The notes: generated from the letters alone by a model not told the origin. Positions 10,115 to 20,290 are shown, numbered from the stretch's first letter. The stretch: 64,000 nucleotides of DNA from Deinococcales bacterium (GCA_031414595.1 JANNVX010000075.1:28347-92346), one strand, 5' to 3'. Numbers and translations: made by a program.

Positions 10115-10354
10115 ATGATTCAGGTATCAGAAAACTTAGCAGCTAAGCTCGAAGCTGCGGCACTCGAGCAAGGGGTGAGCAAAGAACGTATTCTCGAGGA
10201 TGCGCTGAATGCCTTTTTGCGTCAGCCTGTGCGCCGAAATGCCAAAGGATTTATTGTTCCGAGTTTTGTCGGTGCGTATGCCAGTGATGAACCCGGTTGG
10301 ATTGATCGTCATGAAGAACTTCTTTGGAATGAGGAACATGGCAATCATCGCTGA
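10115..10354 (+). CDS. CopG/RHH-like antitoxin (VapB)
   Basis: AALEQGVSKE.ILEDAL; overlaps PIN gene; leaderless TAGACT-6-ATG. Confidence 0.8.
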   Translation: MIQVSENLAAKLEAAALEQGVSKERILEDALNAFLRQPVRRNAKGFIVPSFVGAYASDEPGWIDRHEELLWNEEHGNHR

Positions 10355-10742
10355 TACAGGTGGGCTTCTTGTCTTACTTGATAAAAAAGACCCTCGACAT
10401 CAGGCTGCTTTTGATTGTTTAGATGAAAAGTTAATTGTGCCATCGTTAATTCTTCCTGAAGTTGATTATCTTGCCTCGAGACGTTTGGCGCAAGGCGCGA
10501 TGAATACATTGCTTTCGAGTTTATTTATTGGTGAGTTTGACTATTATGAAGTTGATTTATTTGATTTACAACGCGCTCATGAAATCATGAAGCAATACGC
10601 CGATGCTCGAGTTGGTTTAGTGGATGCAGCCGTGGTTGCTGTGGCTGAAAGACTACGAATCAATCGAATTCTGACCATTGACCATCGGCATTTTTCGATG
10701 TTTAAGCCACGAAATCTGAATTGTCTCGAGTTATTGCCATGA
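10338..10742 (+). CDS. PIN-domain toxin (VapC)
   Basis: [33 protein letters not shown]. Confidence 0.92.
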   Translation: MAIIADTGGLLVLLDKKDPRHQAAFDCLDEKLIVPSLILPEVDYLASRRLAQGAMNTLLSSLFIGEFDYYEVDLFDLQRAHEIMKQYADARVGLVDAAVVAVAERLRINRILTIDHRHFSMFKPRNLNCLELLP

Positions 10743-11503
10743 AATTTAGTATCCTGACCCTCTTCCCAGCCCTGCTCGAGCCTTGGACAACAGAAGCCAT
10801 TCTTGGTAAAGCCATAGAAAAAGGTTTACTCGAGGTGGATATTCTGGATTTTCGTGGTGTCACCACCGACAAGCACCGAACGGTGGATGACACACCGTAT
10901 GGCGGCGGGGCGGGGATGGTGCTGCGGGTGGATGTGATGGCTAAGGCACTCGAGCCTGTAGAAGCCGATGAGATTATTTTGCTTTCGCCAGCCGGAGTGC
11001 CTTTTGACCAAAAAATGGCAGAGGAACTATCCACCAAAAAACATATTGCTATTTTGTGTGGGCGTTACGAGGGCTTTGACTCGAGAATTGAAAGTTTGGT
11101 GACAAGAGAAGTCAGCTTGGGCGATTTTGTGATGATGGGCGGTGAAGCAGCCGCCGTTTGTCTACTCGAGGCAGTGGCGCGGTTATTGCCGAATGTGCTT
11201 GGCGACGCGGCTTCGCATATCGAAGACAGTTTCTCGAGTGGAATCCTTGATTACCCAGAGTACACCCGCCCACTCGAGTGGAATGGTTTGACCGTGCCAG
11301 AGATTTTGCGTGGTGGCAACCATGCGGCAATTGCCCGTTGGCGGCGGCTCGAGGCACTGCGCCGTACCTTGGCGCGTCGTCCAGACCTGATTCCAAATGG
11401 TCTGCGTGACACCGATGCAGTCTTGCTGCTCGAGCTTGGGGTCTTGGAAGAACAAATTCTGGCTTGGGGCTTGGTATTACCAAAAAAGAAACGAAAGCGT
11501 TAG
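10739..11503 (+). CDS. trmD: tRNA (guanine37-N1)-methyltransferase
   Basis: [42 protein letters not shown]. Confidence 0.97.
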   Translation: MKFSILTLFPALLEPWTTEAILGKAIEKGLLEVDILDFRGVTTDKHRTVDDTPYGGGAGMVLRVDVMAKALEPVEADEIILLSPAGVPFDQKMAEELSTKKHIAILCGRYEGFDSRIESLVTREVSLGDFVMMGGEAAAVCLLEAVARLLPNVLGDAASHIEDSFSSGILDYPEYTRPLEWNGLTVPEILRGGNHAAIARWRRLEALRRTLARRPDLIPNGLRDTDAVLLLELGVLEEQILAWGLVLPKKKRKR

Positions 11504-11575
11504 TCACGAAGTATTGGCTCTTTCTAAGTGCTATTTTTCAATTTTGGTCTATGCTGAATGGGCAAAGGAGAGCAG

Positions 11576-12790
11576 ATGCGAAAAATTTTAATTGCCAGTG
11601 CGGTTTTACTTGGTGGCTTGGCGCTTGCCCAAGCCGTGCAGCGCAGCTTGAACATCACGATTAACGGGGCGAGTAGCAGCGAAAAAGCGATTGTTGTGGC
11701 GGGCAAAAGCTATGTGCCGATCAGTGCCTTAAAAAGTCTTGGGGTCAATGTCACGGCTTCAAACACTACCTTGGCACTGTCTCGAGCAGGCACAGCAGCA
11801 ACACCAAGCACACCGCCAGTGAATACTGGTGTGGCTGGAACGCAGCAATTGTCTGGTGGGGTTGGGGTGTTTAATCAAGCAGCGACACTTGGTAAAGAAA
11901 GTCCTTTGAATTTCACATTGCGTAGTCTCGAGTATCAGTTTGGACGCATTGCCATTGGGCAGAATGTTTGGGAAGCAAACAGTAAACAAAAATTGTTGCT
12001 GGTGCGGTTTACAGTGCAGAATCCTCAAAAAAATCGTGATGTACAGTTTAATCATTCGAGTTTTCTATTCACTTTGGTAGATTCCAATAATGTTTCTTCA
12101 ACGCCTGCGTGGGCTGCGACTGAACTGAATTTTGCTCGAGATAATGATTTTACTCCACTTGATACACCTCTTAAACCCGGGCAGCGCCTTGATGCCTACA
12201 CCGTTTTCGTCGTGCCTAGCGAAGTCAGCGTGCCGAAACTGATTGTTGAACGTTTTAATGAACGTACTGCTGGTGTGCTGCGTTTTGATTTAACAGGCAA
12301 AATTAAGGGATTACCCACGCCTTTTGCGGCTGACAGCAATGGATTTAAGGCACTTCAAGAAATCACAGCGCAAATAGGCACATATTACCCTGTTGGTCGA
12401 GTGGACATGCGTTTAGAAAGCGCTCAAGTCAGTACCTTAGAAGCAGGAGAAATGCGCCCAAGCGAAGGCAAGCGTTTTGTGCGCCTAAACTTTGCGTTTC
12501 GTAACCCTATGCCTCGAGGTGCGCCAAATGCTGGTGTGACCATGTGCGGTACAGACGGATTTATTCTCGAGTTCACCGATTCGGACAATGAACGCCAAAC
12601 CACACAGTCATGTGGCACAAATTTCTTAAAACCGACGCGCAATGAAAATGGTGACGGTGAGCTTGCCCCTGGTCAAGAAATCAAGTTGCGTTACTTATTT
12701 GAAGTGCCAAACAACGTAGCCGCCGCAAAATTAGCGGTCTACACAGAACCTTCTGTTCGTTATATCTTTGATATTGGCACAGCCAAGTAA
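11576..12790 (+). CDS. secreted protein with two DUF4352-like Ig-fold domains
   Basis: Signal peptide MRKILIASAVLLGGLALA; repeated F.L.D..N...L.PGQ....FVVP/FEVP; AAGGAG RBS. Confidence 0.65.
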   Translation: MRKILIASAVLLGGLALAQAVQRSLNITINGASSSEKAIVVAGKSYVPISALKSLGVNVTASNTTLALSRAGTAATPSTPPVNTGVAGTQQLSGGVGVFNQAATLGKESPLNFTLRSLEYQFGRIAIGQNVWEANSKQKLLLVRFTVQNPQKNRDVQFNHSSFLFTLVDSNNVSSTPAWAATELNFARDNDFTPLDTPLKPGQRLDAYTVFVVPSEVSVPKLIVERFNERTAGVLRFDLTGKIKGLPTPFAADSNGFKALQEITAQIGTYYPVGRVDMRLESAQVSTLEAGEMRPSEGKRFVRLNFAFRNPMPRGAPNAGVTMCGTDGFILEFTDSDNERQTTQSCGTNFLKPTRNENGDGELAPGQEIKLRYLFEVPNNVAAAKLAVYTEPSVRYIFDIGTAK

Positions 12791-12903
12791 CTGACTTTGG
12801 TACAGCCAAGTAATCTCGTCACGATTCTATTAAAATTTTGCTGCACAATATAGCCATGAGACTACCGCATCTGTCCGTCATGAGACTACCGCATCTGTCG
12901 GTC

Positions 12904-14127
12904 ATGAAATTTCTTTTTGTGGCTTTATTGTTTTTTTCTTCAAGCGCTTTTGCCAGTCCAGCCCAAGATTTACTCAACCAAGCCGCCTACTTTATTGCCG
13001 TGCGTTACAACGGGTTTTCCAGTGCTGACACCAGTAATTTTGCCACGCAGTTTCAACCAGAACTGGATTTGGCGTGTAAGGAGATGCTCGAGACCTGCCC
13101 CTACTCGAGTGCCGTACCAATTATTCAAAAGATGATGACCGCATTAAACGATGGTCATTCGTATTACCTCAGTCCAGAGCAGTATGAAGAACAATTAGCC
13201 CAAGCCCGTGGTTTGGGTGGCTCGAGTTTACGGCTCGGAATTATCACAGCCGATGCCAAGGATGGTTTTGAGCGGATTGTCGCCGATGTCTGGGCGGGTT
13301 CGGCAGCCGATAAAGCAGGCTTAAAACGCGGCGACCGAATTATTGGCTTTAACAATCAAAGCGCCAGTGTTCTAGCCGAGAATTTTAGGACACTGCTGGC
13401 TAAAGAAGTCAGTACCGGCAACGAAGTGCGTTTGAATCTTCGTCGGGCTGGGCTACCCATAGAATTAAAAGTGCGTGGCTCGAGTCTGCGCTCACCGCTT
13501 CCAAGCTATAAAACCATCAATGCCAAAGTTGGTTATTTGCGTCTGCCAATTTTTGATGTCAGTGGTGCAGTCGCAAGTACAGTCCATTCGATTCTGAAAA
13601 CCCAAAAGAATTTAGCCCCCAATCTGATTATAGATGTGCGCGATAACCCCGGTGGGCTTGCCACCGAAACAATCGGGGCAGTTGGGGCGTTTGTTGAAAA
13701 AAGCGGTTTTATTCTCGAGACCAAAGACGGCAGCAACGAGCAAAGGGTAGAAAAAGGCGCGGTCTTGATTGCGGGTTTGCGTTTGAATATTGTGCCGCAG
13801 CCTTTTATGTACAAGGGTAAAGTCTTGGTATTGGTTAATAAAAATTCGTATTCAGGAGCAGAATACTTCGCCCAATTACTGCAAGACCAAAAACGAGTCA
13901 CGGTGATTGGCGAAACCACTGGTGGACTTGGCAATACAGCTACCATTCCATTTGCTTTGCAGAATAACAGTGCTATTTTTATTACGGTTTCAAAGAGTTT
14001 GCGTTTAAGCGGTGGGTACTTACCGGCGGCTGTCACCCCAGATGTGCTTGTGCCAGATGACCTCGAGTTACAAAGTGTGACTGGCAAAGATGCGGTCTTG
14101 GAAAAAGCCCTAGAGTTTTTGAAATAA
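12904..14127 (+). CDS. S41 C-terminal processing peptidase with PDZ domain
   Basis: LNDGHSY, GSAADKAGLKRGD, IIDVRDNPGG, SYSGAE, IGETT.G, VTPD; alternative starts at 12856/12880 arise from a 24-bp repeat. Confidence 0.92.
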   Translation: MKFLFVALLFFSSSAFASPAQDLLNQAAYFIAVRYNGFSSADTSNFATQFQPELDLACKEMLETCPYSSAVPIIQKMMTALNDGHSYYLSPEQYEEQLAQARGLGGSSLRLGIITADAKDGFERIVADVWAGSAADKAGLKRGDRIIGFNNQSASVLAENFRTLLAKEVSTGNEVRLNLRRAGLPIELKVRGSSLRSPLPSYKTINAKVGYLRLPIFDVSGAVASTVHSILKTQKNLAPNLIIDVRDNPGGLATETIGAVGAFVEKSGFILETKDGSNEQRVEKGAVLIAGLRLNIVPQPFMYKGKVLVLVNKNSYSGAEYFAQLLQDQKRVTVIGETTGGLGNTATIPFALQNNSAIFITVSKSLRLSGGYLPAAVTPDVLVPDDLELQSVTGKDAVLEKALEFLK

Positions 14128-14140
14128 AGTGCAAATGTTG

Positions 14141-14178
14141 GCTCGAGCAGCAAGCAAGGGCTGTGGGTTCTCGAGGGT
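14141..14178 (+). repeat. 38-bp direct repeat, copy 1 (left of TA pair)
   Basis: GCTCGAGCAGCAAGCAAGGGCTGTGGGTTCTCGAGGGT. Confidence 0.9.
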
Positions 14179-14237
14179 GATGTGAAATGGGTTAGGAAAA
14201 GCCATTCCACACTCAAATTTATGCTACAATTCCCACC

Positions 14238-14429
14238 ATGAACACAGCCATTAGAAATGAGGTTCTGCACGTCGTAGAGCAACTACCAGAAGATGCCGAT
14301 ATGGAACTTTTGATTCAAGCCTTAAAAGTCCGACTTAACATTACTCGGGGCATCAAAGACTTAGACGAAGGGCGCACAGTCACATCACCAGAAATCCTAG
14401 GGCATTTTCGAGCCAAATTATCTTCATGA
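14238..14429 (+). CDS. putative antitoxin
   Basis: 63 aa, LPEDA..E.L...I.RG..D..EGR; ATGA overlap with toxin. Confidence 0.8.
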   Translation: MNTAIRNEVLHVVEQLPEDADMELLIQALKVRLNITRGIKDLDEGRTVTSPEILGHFRAKLSS

Positions 14430-14719
14430 AAGTGATTTGGTCATTACAAGCCAAACTTGATTTAGACGAAATTTATGCTTTTCTCGAGTACAACTCGCCG
14501 CGTAAAGCCTTTGAAACCATTAACCGCATTGTGCTGGCGGCTGACGCACTTGGCGATTTCCCACTGATGGGCAGTGCTGTAGAAGATTCACACCACCAAG
14601 ACTTGCGTTCATTACTCGAGAAACCATACCGAATTTATTACCGTGCCAAAGAAAGCCATGTTGAAATAGCCAGTGTCGAAGATACAAGACGCGGGTATCA
14701 AATGGATTGGTTACGATAA
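14426..14719 (+). CDS. RelE/ParE-family toxin
   Basis: MKVIWS.QA..DL.EI, FP.MG, YRI.YR. Confidence 0.92.
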   Translation: MKVIWSLQAKLDLDEIYAFLEYNSPRKAFETINRIVLAADALGDFPLMGSAVEDSHHQDLRSLLEKPYRIYYRAKESHVEIASVEDTRRGYQMDWLR

Positions 14720-14721
14720 CT

Positions 14722-14759
14722 GCTCGAGCCGCAAGCATGGGCTGTGGGTTCTCGAGGGT
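14722..14759 (+). repeat. 38-bp direct repeat, copy 2 (right of TA pair)
   Basis: GCTCGAGCCGCAAGCATGGGCTGTGGGTTCTCGAGGGT; 2 mismatches to copy 1. Confidence 0.9.
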
Positions 14760-14770
14760 TGGTGATGTAA

Positions 14771-15187
14771 CTATAATTTCCCACGCGAGAATTTTGCATC
14801 CAAAGCTGCGATTATCACCACTTCAAGCTGAGCCGAAAAAGCTGTTGCATCACGCCGCTTACCATCTTTTAAGTCCAACACAACCAGCACTGTACTATCA
14901 CCCTGAAATGCCAACAGCACTATTGTATTTTGCTTCTCGAGTTGAAGACTGGTAATTTCATGCACAACCAAACCAGTATCTTGAATAACCACAATATATG
15001 CGCCTTTTAAGCTCGGGTTAAAACCTTGTACTGCCTCGAGTGCCACGGCTTGGGTCTCGAGGCGATTGCCTTTCCAAACAGGAATATCACTTGAAGTAAA
15101 GTCAATATCATTCAAGTAATCATCGGTAGTGGTAGCTGGAGCGCAAGCGGCAAGCCAAAGCAAGAGTAAAATAGCAAAACGAATCAT
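14771..15187 (-). CDS. hypothetical lipoprotein
   Basis: AAGGAG RBS, MIRFAILLLLWLAAC lipobox. Confidence 0.75.
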   Translation of the reverse strand: MIRFAILLLLWLAACAPATTTDDYLNDIDFTSSDIPVWKGNRLETQAVALEAVQGFNPSLKGAYIVVIQDTGLVVHEITSLQLEKQNTIVLLAFQGDSTVLVVLDLKDGKRRDATAFSAQLEVVIIAALDAKFSRGKL

Positions 15188-15287
15188 GGGTTTCTCCTTT
15201 TCGCGAGGTATCAAAAGCGGCATACATCGCAAGAAATCTCAGGGCATTTTCAAGCAAATTGGGCGAAGTCTTCAAGAAAGAGATACA

Positions 15288-16565
15288 TCAAGTAACTGTA
15301 ATTGAAATTATTTGAGATCGTAATGTGTCTTTTTTATCTTTTGCGGAAATCGTGTATTGCGTAGCCAGCATGGGTTTCGTTGGTTTCCCAGAAATGATAC
15401 CTGTTTCAGGATCAAAAGATAATCCATCTGATTTTTCTGGTATCATCGTAAACACAATTGGTAGAACCAAGTCATTGAGGTTTGAGAAAGTAGGTTGATT
15501 TACAGCCACTTCAGACGCGAAAGTAAAATTAGGGATAATTGCAGTTTTTGTGGTCACAGCATCTGTGATTTTGCGTGTTAAATATGCTCCCTGCCCCAAA
15601 CCAAAAAGTGCTAGGACTGTTCCATTGACATCTGGCAAAGCGGTTTGACTGATAAATGGAATGATCTCGAGATGTGCCAAAAATGCAAGAAAATATGTAA
15701 AAGCCGCCACCACAGTGACAGCAATCATTTGAAAATCGGTTAAATCAAAAGCACCATCATCGCTTGTCCATAATTGATCCCAATCGGCTTTATCCGAATT
15801 GGGAATGGCTATATTTGGATTGCGCTCAACTTGTGCTTCTTTGGCAACTCGCGCTCCAACAAAAACAATCATGCTTAAACCAGAAAGCACCAGTAAATTA
15901 GTTGGAATATCGATTCCAAGAGCATACCGAAAATGCGTATACATCACTCTAAAAATCAGTACGGTCAGCAGTGTTGTTAGGAGCATAAAAAACCAGATGG
16001 CAATTTGGGTTTGTGAATTGCTCATTCTGCCGTCTTTACCAGTACAGAGTTGTCTAAAACCAGACTTAAATAAACCATGAAGCAAAAGAATAAGTGAAAC
16101 CATCACTAAAATTGTGACTAAAACAGGAGACCAAATCCGACTTGGCTTTATTTGGCGTATTGCCAGACTTTTAAGGGTTTTTCCGTCCAGTGCTAACTGT
16201 GCATAGACTTCATCACCAATGCTGATTCCACTGCTTAAAGCCTTTGCACCTTCAAAGCTAATGCGTGGCTCTGTGATGTCTTTTGGACTATCCAATTCAG
16301 ACAGGGTACAGCTGCGACGAATAGTAATTCTATCTGTGTTTTCTAAAGGGACTTCAGTCACAACACCACGTAAAAAAAGTGATTTACCTGTGGGACCATA
16401 CGCACCAAGTTCGCTGTATTGCACTTCTTTTGGGTCAACACAGGTTTTTAATTCTGAACCAAAAAAACCTTCGCCACCAATCGCGTTGGCATTAAAGCGA
16501 GCCACAACACCTGCTCCCACAAAAAAAACTGCACTCAAGAAAATATATAACCAAGTTATTTTCAT
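15288..16565 (-). CDS. multi-pass membrane protein with C-terminal putative Ig domain
   Basis: S.SQ.Q...W TM block, D..DFQM, GQGAYL..K; C-terminal GLSFDPETGIISGKPT. Confidence 0.7.
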   Translation of the reverse strand: MKITWLYIFLSAVFFVGAGVVARFNANAIGGEGFFGSELKTCVDPKEVQYSELGAYGPTGKSLFLRGVVTEVPLENTDRITIRRSCTLSELDSPKDITEPRISFEGAKALSSGISIGDEVYAQLALDGKTLKSLAIRQIKPSRIWSPVLVTILVMVSLILLLHGLFKSGFRQLCTGKDGRMSNSQTQIAIWFFMLLTTLLTVLIFRVMYTHFRYALGIDIPTNLLVLSGLSMIVFVGARVAKEAQVERNPNIAIPNSDKADWDQLWTSDDGAFDLTDFQMIAVTVVAAFTYFLAFLAHLEIIPFISQTALPDVNGTVLALFGLGQGAYLTRKITDAVTTKTAIIPNFTFASEVAVNQPTFSNLNDLVLPIVFTMIPEKSDGLSFDPETGIISGKPTKPMLATQYTISAKDKKDTLRSQIISITVT

Positions 16566-16568
16566 ACA

Positions 16569-17219
16569 TTACTCCTTTGAAGCACCAAAACCACTATTAC
16601 GTGACCAAAAAGTACGCAGCTGGCTTTCTGTACCATTAAATTTGTCTCTATCACAACGTCCGATACCAGTAACTTCATGTGGAGGTTGCCCGACTGCCCC
16701 ATCTGTGTATTGCCATAAAGTCCAAGTTGTCCAGATTTTTGGAATGAGGGGAGCTTGGCTATATTGTGCAATCCATAGCCAACATTTGGATAGTTCTGTT
16801 TGTTTGGGACTGTTAATTCCAGCTTTTGTCAGAGCTTCTTTGATGGTATGTCCCGAGTACAAACCGGGGTAACGTCCTGTCAGTGCGTGAATATGATGGA
16901 CAAAGTGTTCGGCTTCTTCGAGTGTCATATCATGACCCTGCGGATTGCCTTCAAAGTCCAATACCAAGAGAGTATCAGCACCAGCGATCCGAAGAAAATG
17001 CTCGGCTTGTTCAATCGCATTTCCTGCCACGCCGAAGTGATATGCACCAACCAATAAATCAGCTTGTAAGGCTTGTCGTCGTCTCGAAAGATAGGTCGGA
17101 TCAGTATAAATTGTACCTTGGGTGGCTTTTTGGATAACACCCAGAATCCCCGCTTGCTTTACCTTAGTAAAACTCGAGACTTTATTGTGATGTGAAATGT
17201 CTATGACGGCGTTAATCAT
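16569..17219 (-). CDS. GH25 muramidase (no signal peptide)
   Basis: IDISHHN, KATQG, GAYHF, LDFE, LWIAQY, LWQYT, DRDKF. Confidence 0.93.
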   Translation of the reverse strand: MINAVIDISHHNKVSSFTKVKQAGILGVIQKATQGTIYTDPTYLSRRRQALQADLLVGAYHFGVAGNAIEQAEHFLRIAGADTLLVLDFEGNPQGHDMTLEEAEHFVHHIHALTGRYPGLYSGHTIKEALTKAGINSPKQTELSKCWLWIAQYSQAPLIPKIWTTWTLWQYTDGAVGQPPHEVTGIGRCDRDKFNGTESQLRTFWSRNSGFGASKE

Positions 17220-17234
17220 TTTTCCTCCTGCAAT

Positions 17235-19061
17235 TCAACTATTCCATTCGTTGTACAGATTCCTGAAAGCAATCAAAACACGTCCTTTGACAGAACTACC
17301 CCAACTAAAAGGTAAGTTCATTGCTTCTACGTCACCATCAGCAATATCTAATACATCTTGAACAGTGGCACGTTGGGCAATCCCGTTCTCTTCCCAATCC
17401 AATTTCACTTCAACGGTTGCTCTCATTGGATATGTGGGAAATGGGTTAGAGCCATGGGCGGCTACAAATTTCTCGAGCTTGATGCTAAGGCGGGCGGAAT
17501 ACTTGTTTCCCCAAACAAAGCGCTTAGGCTTAAAGTCTTGTTGGGTTATACCAGAGTCAAAGAAAATAGTTTCACTGGCATAATCAACTGTACCAAGGCT
17601 AGGGTTTGTCGCTGTGCTATCGGAAGCCGAATAACTCATGTGTATTTCTACTCTGCGGTGGTCTAAGTCTTTGGGCGGGTTTAGTGAAAAAAATAATTTG
17701 TTTGTTTGGTTGGCAATGAGTAATTTCTCTTGCTGGTCAGCATATTTAAGGTGGTTAATAGTTGCTTGAGCATCTATGATGTATGCCCCAACAGGTACAT
17801 TTTCGATTTCAAAGTCTCCATTAGTATCAGTGAAAGCACTCATACCCTCAAAGACCCGAACCATAGCGTTTGCAACAGGTGAATATATGCCGCCGATAAA
17901 GCGTTTGACTGTTCCTTGTATCGTTGTTGTTCCCACGAATGGTGTCCAGCGAGATATTTTTTGCAAAACAACCATTTGTGGTCGGTGTTGCACAGGCTCA
18001 AAATGCCCATAACAACCACCTTGGTCAGGTGAAAACCATTCGAGTATGTTATTTGGTGAAACAGCGACACCCATACCGGGGTTTTTCCATTTTGTTGTAA
18101 TGTCTGCCACTGAATCATTGGCAAAAGCATTGACAATCTGATTGGCAACATACTCATCAATTTGCAGTAGCTTTGCAATAAATGGCACAGCTTTAGCTAC
18201 TTCAAATTTCAGGTATTCATGTAGCCAATTTGCTGCTTTTGCTCGGTTTGCAAGGTTGTAATTGGCTAAGCCATTTTTAGTTGTACCAAGTTTTACGCCA
18301 ACATCATTTGCCATATGCCAAATAAATGATGAACAGACTGTGGGTAATGAATCTGATGCCCAACCAAGATTTCTACCTGCTTTTGACAAATTGGCTTTTG
18401 TATAGCCATATAAACGATAATGTGCTTTGGAAACTTCATTTGGTCTTGCGCCATACTGCAAAGCCAAGTCTGCAACTTTATGAAGTGTTAAGCGAACAGT
18501 TTTGTCTTGCTGTGGTGGTGGTTTTACCACAAGTGGAGGAGTGATAATAATTTTTTCACCGTTTGTTGTTGCCACCGCGATTGCCATGTGGTATTGCGTG
18601 ACACCTGCAATGGTGTAATCCTTCTTGCCATCATTAAAGGGTTCACCGTGAATTGCCTCATACATATTTTGGCGCACTGTACCAGGCCACATGTATTTTA
18701 AGTCAAAATCAGGAAGTCTTTGTGTAGAAGTGTCAAGCTGGTCTGTGAGTCGTTCAACACTGGCGGTACTGTGAACAATTTCCGAAAAGTCTTTGGTAAC
18801 TAAGCATGAATGTCCATATGTTTGTGGTGGCAGTAATTGACGGAGTAACTGTCCAATGACATCCATTGCGCCGGGCATTAGTAAAACATCGCCCTTGCGA
18901 GCATTAAGAATACACTCTTTCAAAAGAACTTGTTTTAGAGGTTCATCAAGAGTAATCTGAGGCGAGAGTTTGGCTTGTTTGGCAAGCATCCACTCTTCGC
19001 TGGTAATTGTTTCACGGTCACAGACTTCACCTTTTGCTACATAGTTTGAAATGTTTAACAT
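17235..19061 (-). CDS. hypothetical; permuted papain-like (NlpC/P60) N-domain plus carboxypeptidase-regulatory-like domain
   Basis: GDVLL...YGHS...VCSSFIW (His before Cys); I.G.V....V..A.V....TDTNGDF.IENVPVG.Y; GAGGT RBS before ATG 19061. Confidence 0.55.
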   Translation of the reverse strand: MLNISNYVAKGEVCDRETITSEEWMLAKQAKLSPQITLDEPLKQVLLKECILNARKGDVLLMPGAMDVIGQLLRQLLPPQTYGHSCLVTKDFSEIVHSTASVERLTDQLDTSTQRLPDFDLKYMWPGTVRQNMYEAIHGEPFNDGKKDYTIAGVTQYHMAIAVATTNGEKIIITPPLVVKPPPQQDKTVRLTLHKVADLALQYGARPNEVSKAHYRLYGYTKANLSKAGRNLGWASDSLPTVCSSFIWHMANDVGVKLGTTKNGLANYNLANRAKAANWLHEYLKFEVAKAVPFIAKLLQIDEYVANQIVNAFANDSVADITTKWKNPGMGVAVSPNNILEWFSPDQGGCYGHFEPVQHRPQMVVLQKISRWTPFVGTTTIQGTVKRFIGGIYSPVANAMVRVFEGMSAFTDTNGDFEIENVPVGAYIIDAQATINHLKYADQQEKLLIANQTNKLFFSLNPPKDLDHRRVEIHMSYSASDSTATNPSLGTVDYASETIFFDSGITQQDFKPKRFVWGNKYSARLSIKLEKFVAAHGSNPFPTYPMRATVEVKLDWEENGIAQRATVQDVLDIADGDVEAMNLPFSWGSSVKGRVLIAFRNLYNEWNS

Positions 19062-19213
19062 TTTTACCTCGTATTGACAGAATAAATACGCGAATAAGTA
19101 TCTAACTAACTGATGTGTGTTCTTCATCTGTAAAAGGAATAATATGTGAGTTGATTCAATTATAAACCCCCCAAATTAACTCGAGTCAGACGCACCCAAG
19201 CTCGAGTGGTTAC

Positions 19214-19249
19214 ACCTTATAAATAGAAGCGTAATCAGACCGTAATCAG
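19214..19249 (-). promoter_or_regulatory. direct-repeat promoter A
   Basis: Minus strand CTGATTACG x2 (period 11), 10 nt, TAAGGT. Confidence 0.7.
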
Positions 19250-19279
19250 GTGAATACTTTTATCGTTTTGTTTCAAATA

Positions 19280-19780
19280 TCACATTTGATCAGCTTCGTG
19301 TGCCAAAGAATTACTCGCAAAAGCAAGCCCAACTGCTAAGACAGCAGCAAATACTGTGCGGACTGTTGAATCAAAATTTCCAACAACGGCATCAAGGGCG
19401 GTTGGTCGTTGCAACATCATCCAAGCAACAAAAGCAAATGGTGGAATAAAAACCCTACCCAAGTCTAACTTATTCCATGTTTTATTCAAGACCCTAGGAA
19501 TGACATACATCAGTACAGTTAGGACAAGGCAAGACCAGAACACTAATTGCAGTGCGCCAAAATTTTCATTTGCAATTGTCGTTGTCTTTGTACCGTCTAT
19601 TGTTTTCGTTGTTGTTGTGAATGCAATCGCAAATGCGTGGAGTCCCAAGATTTCGCTTGGGACAAGCGCTGCCAAGGTATCCATATAGGTTTTAATCCCG
19701 GGTGGCTCTGTGTCTTGACTTTTTTGCGGAGCAGAGTCTTCTCGTTTTTTGGAAAGTAGCGCGTATAAAATCGTACTCAT
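19280..19780 (-). CDS. small 4-TM membrane protein
   Basis: AAGGAG RBS before MSTILY; Y.D.L..LVP.E.L; four hydrophobic segments. Confidence 0.75.
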   Translation of the reverse strand: MSTILYALLSKKREDSAPQKSQDTEPPGIKTYMDTLAALVPSEILGLHAFAIAFTTTTKTIDGTKTTTIANENFGALQLVFWSCLVLTVLMYVIPRVLNKTWNKLDLGRVFIPPFAFVAWMMLQRPTALDAVVGNFDSTVRTVFAAVLAVGLAFASNSLAHEADQM

Positions 19781-19808
19781 ATTTTCTCCTTTGTGGTCTC
19801 TCGAGGGC

Positions 19809-19843
19809 AGCTTATAAACCAAACCGTAAACAAACCGTAAACA
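19809..19843 (-). promoter_or_regulatory. direct-repeat promoter B
   Basis: TGTTTACG x2 (period 11), 10 nt, TAAGCT. Confidence 0.72.
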
Positions 19844-20068
19844 CCCCAAAACTGCCCATGCTGCAATGTTTTCAGACAGGGGTTGAATTTGGGTTGAAAA
19901 AAAGCTGAAAAAAATTCAGGCAAAAATAAATTTGTCCTAGGCGCAAATAATCTGTTTGGCTGTACCAACCACAGCCCAAGCTCGAGCCAAAGCGTCAGGC
20001 TCGAGTTTCTACGGACACAGTGATAAGAAATGCTTGTGAAATGACCTTGAGACGACTATAATTTCGCC

Positions 20069-20290
20069 ATGAATACTGTCCTTGAGTTGCCTAAAGAACT
20101 TGAAGTCGCACTGATGGACATTGCCACTCGAGAGAACCGTACAGTCAATGAATTGGTTCAAGCTGCCTTACTCAGTTTTGCCCAAGAACACTCAAAACCA
20201 GTATCAAGTTGGTTAGGCATTGCCGAAGGCAGCCCAGATTTATCACAGCGCGTGGATGAGCTTTTATTCCAAGATAGCTTAAGACCGTGA
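20069..20290 (+). CDS. orphaned CopG/RHH antitoxin
   Basis: LP.EL..AL..IA.RENR.V.ELV..AL; DLS.RVDELL tail; leaderless TATAAT-6-ATG. Confidence 0.78.
   Translation: MNTVLELPKELEVALMDIATRENRTVNELVQAALLSFAQEHSKPVSSWLGIAEGSPDLSQRVDELLFQDSLRP

Noticed and set aside
16569-17219. GH25 as evidence of a prophage
   Set aside because: No integrase, terminase, capsid or tail genes nearby.
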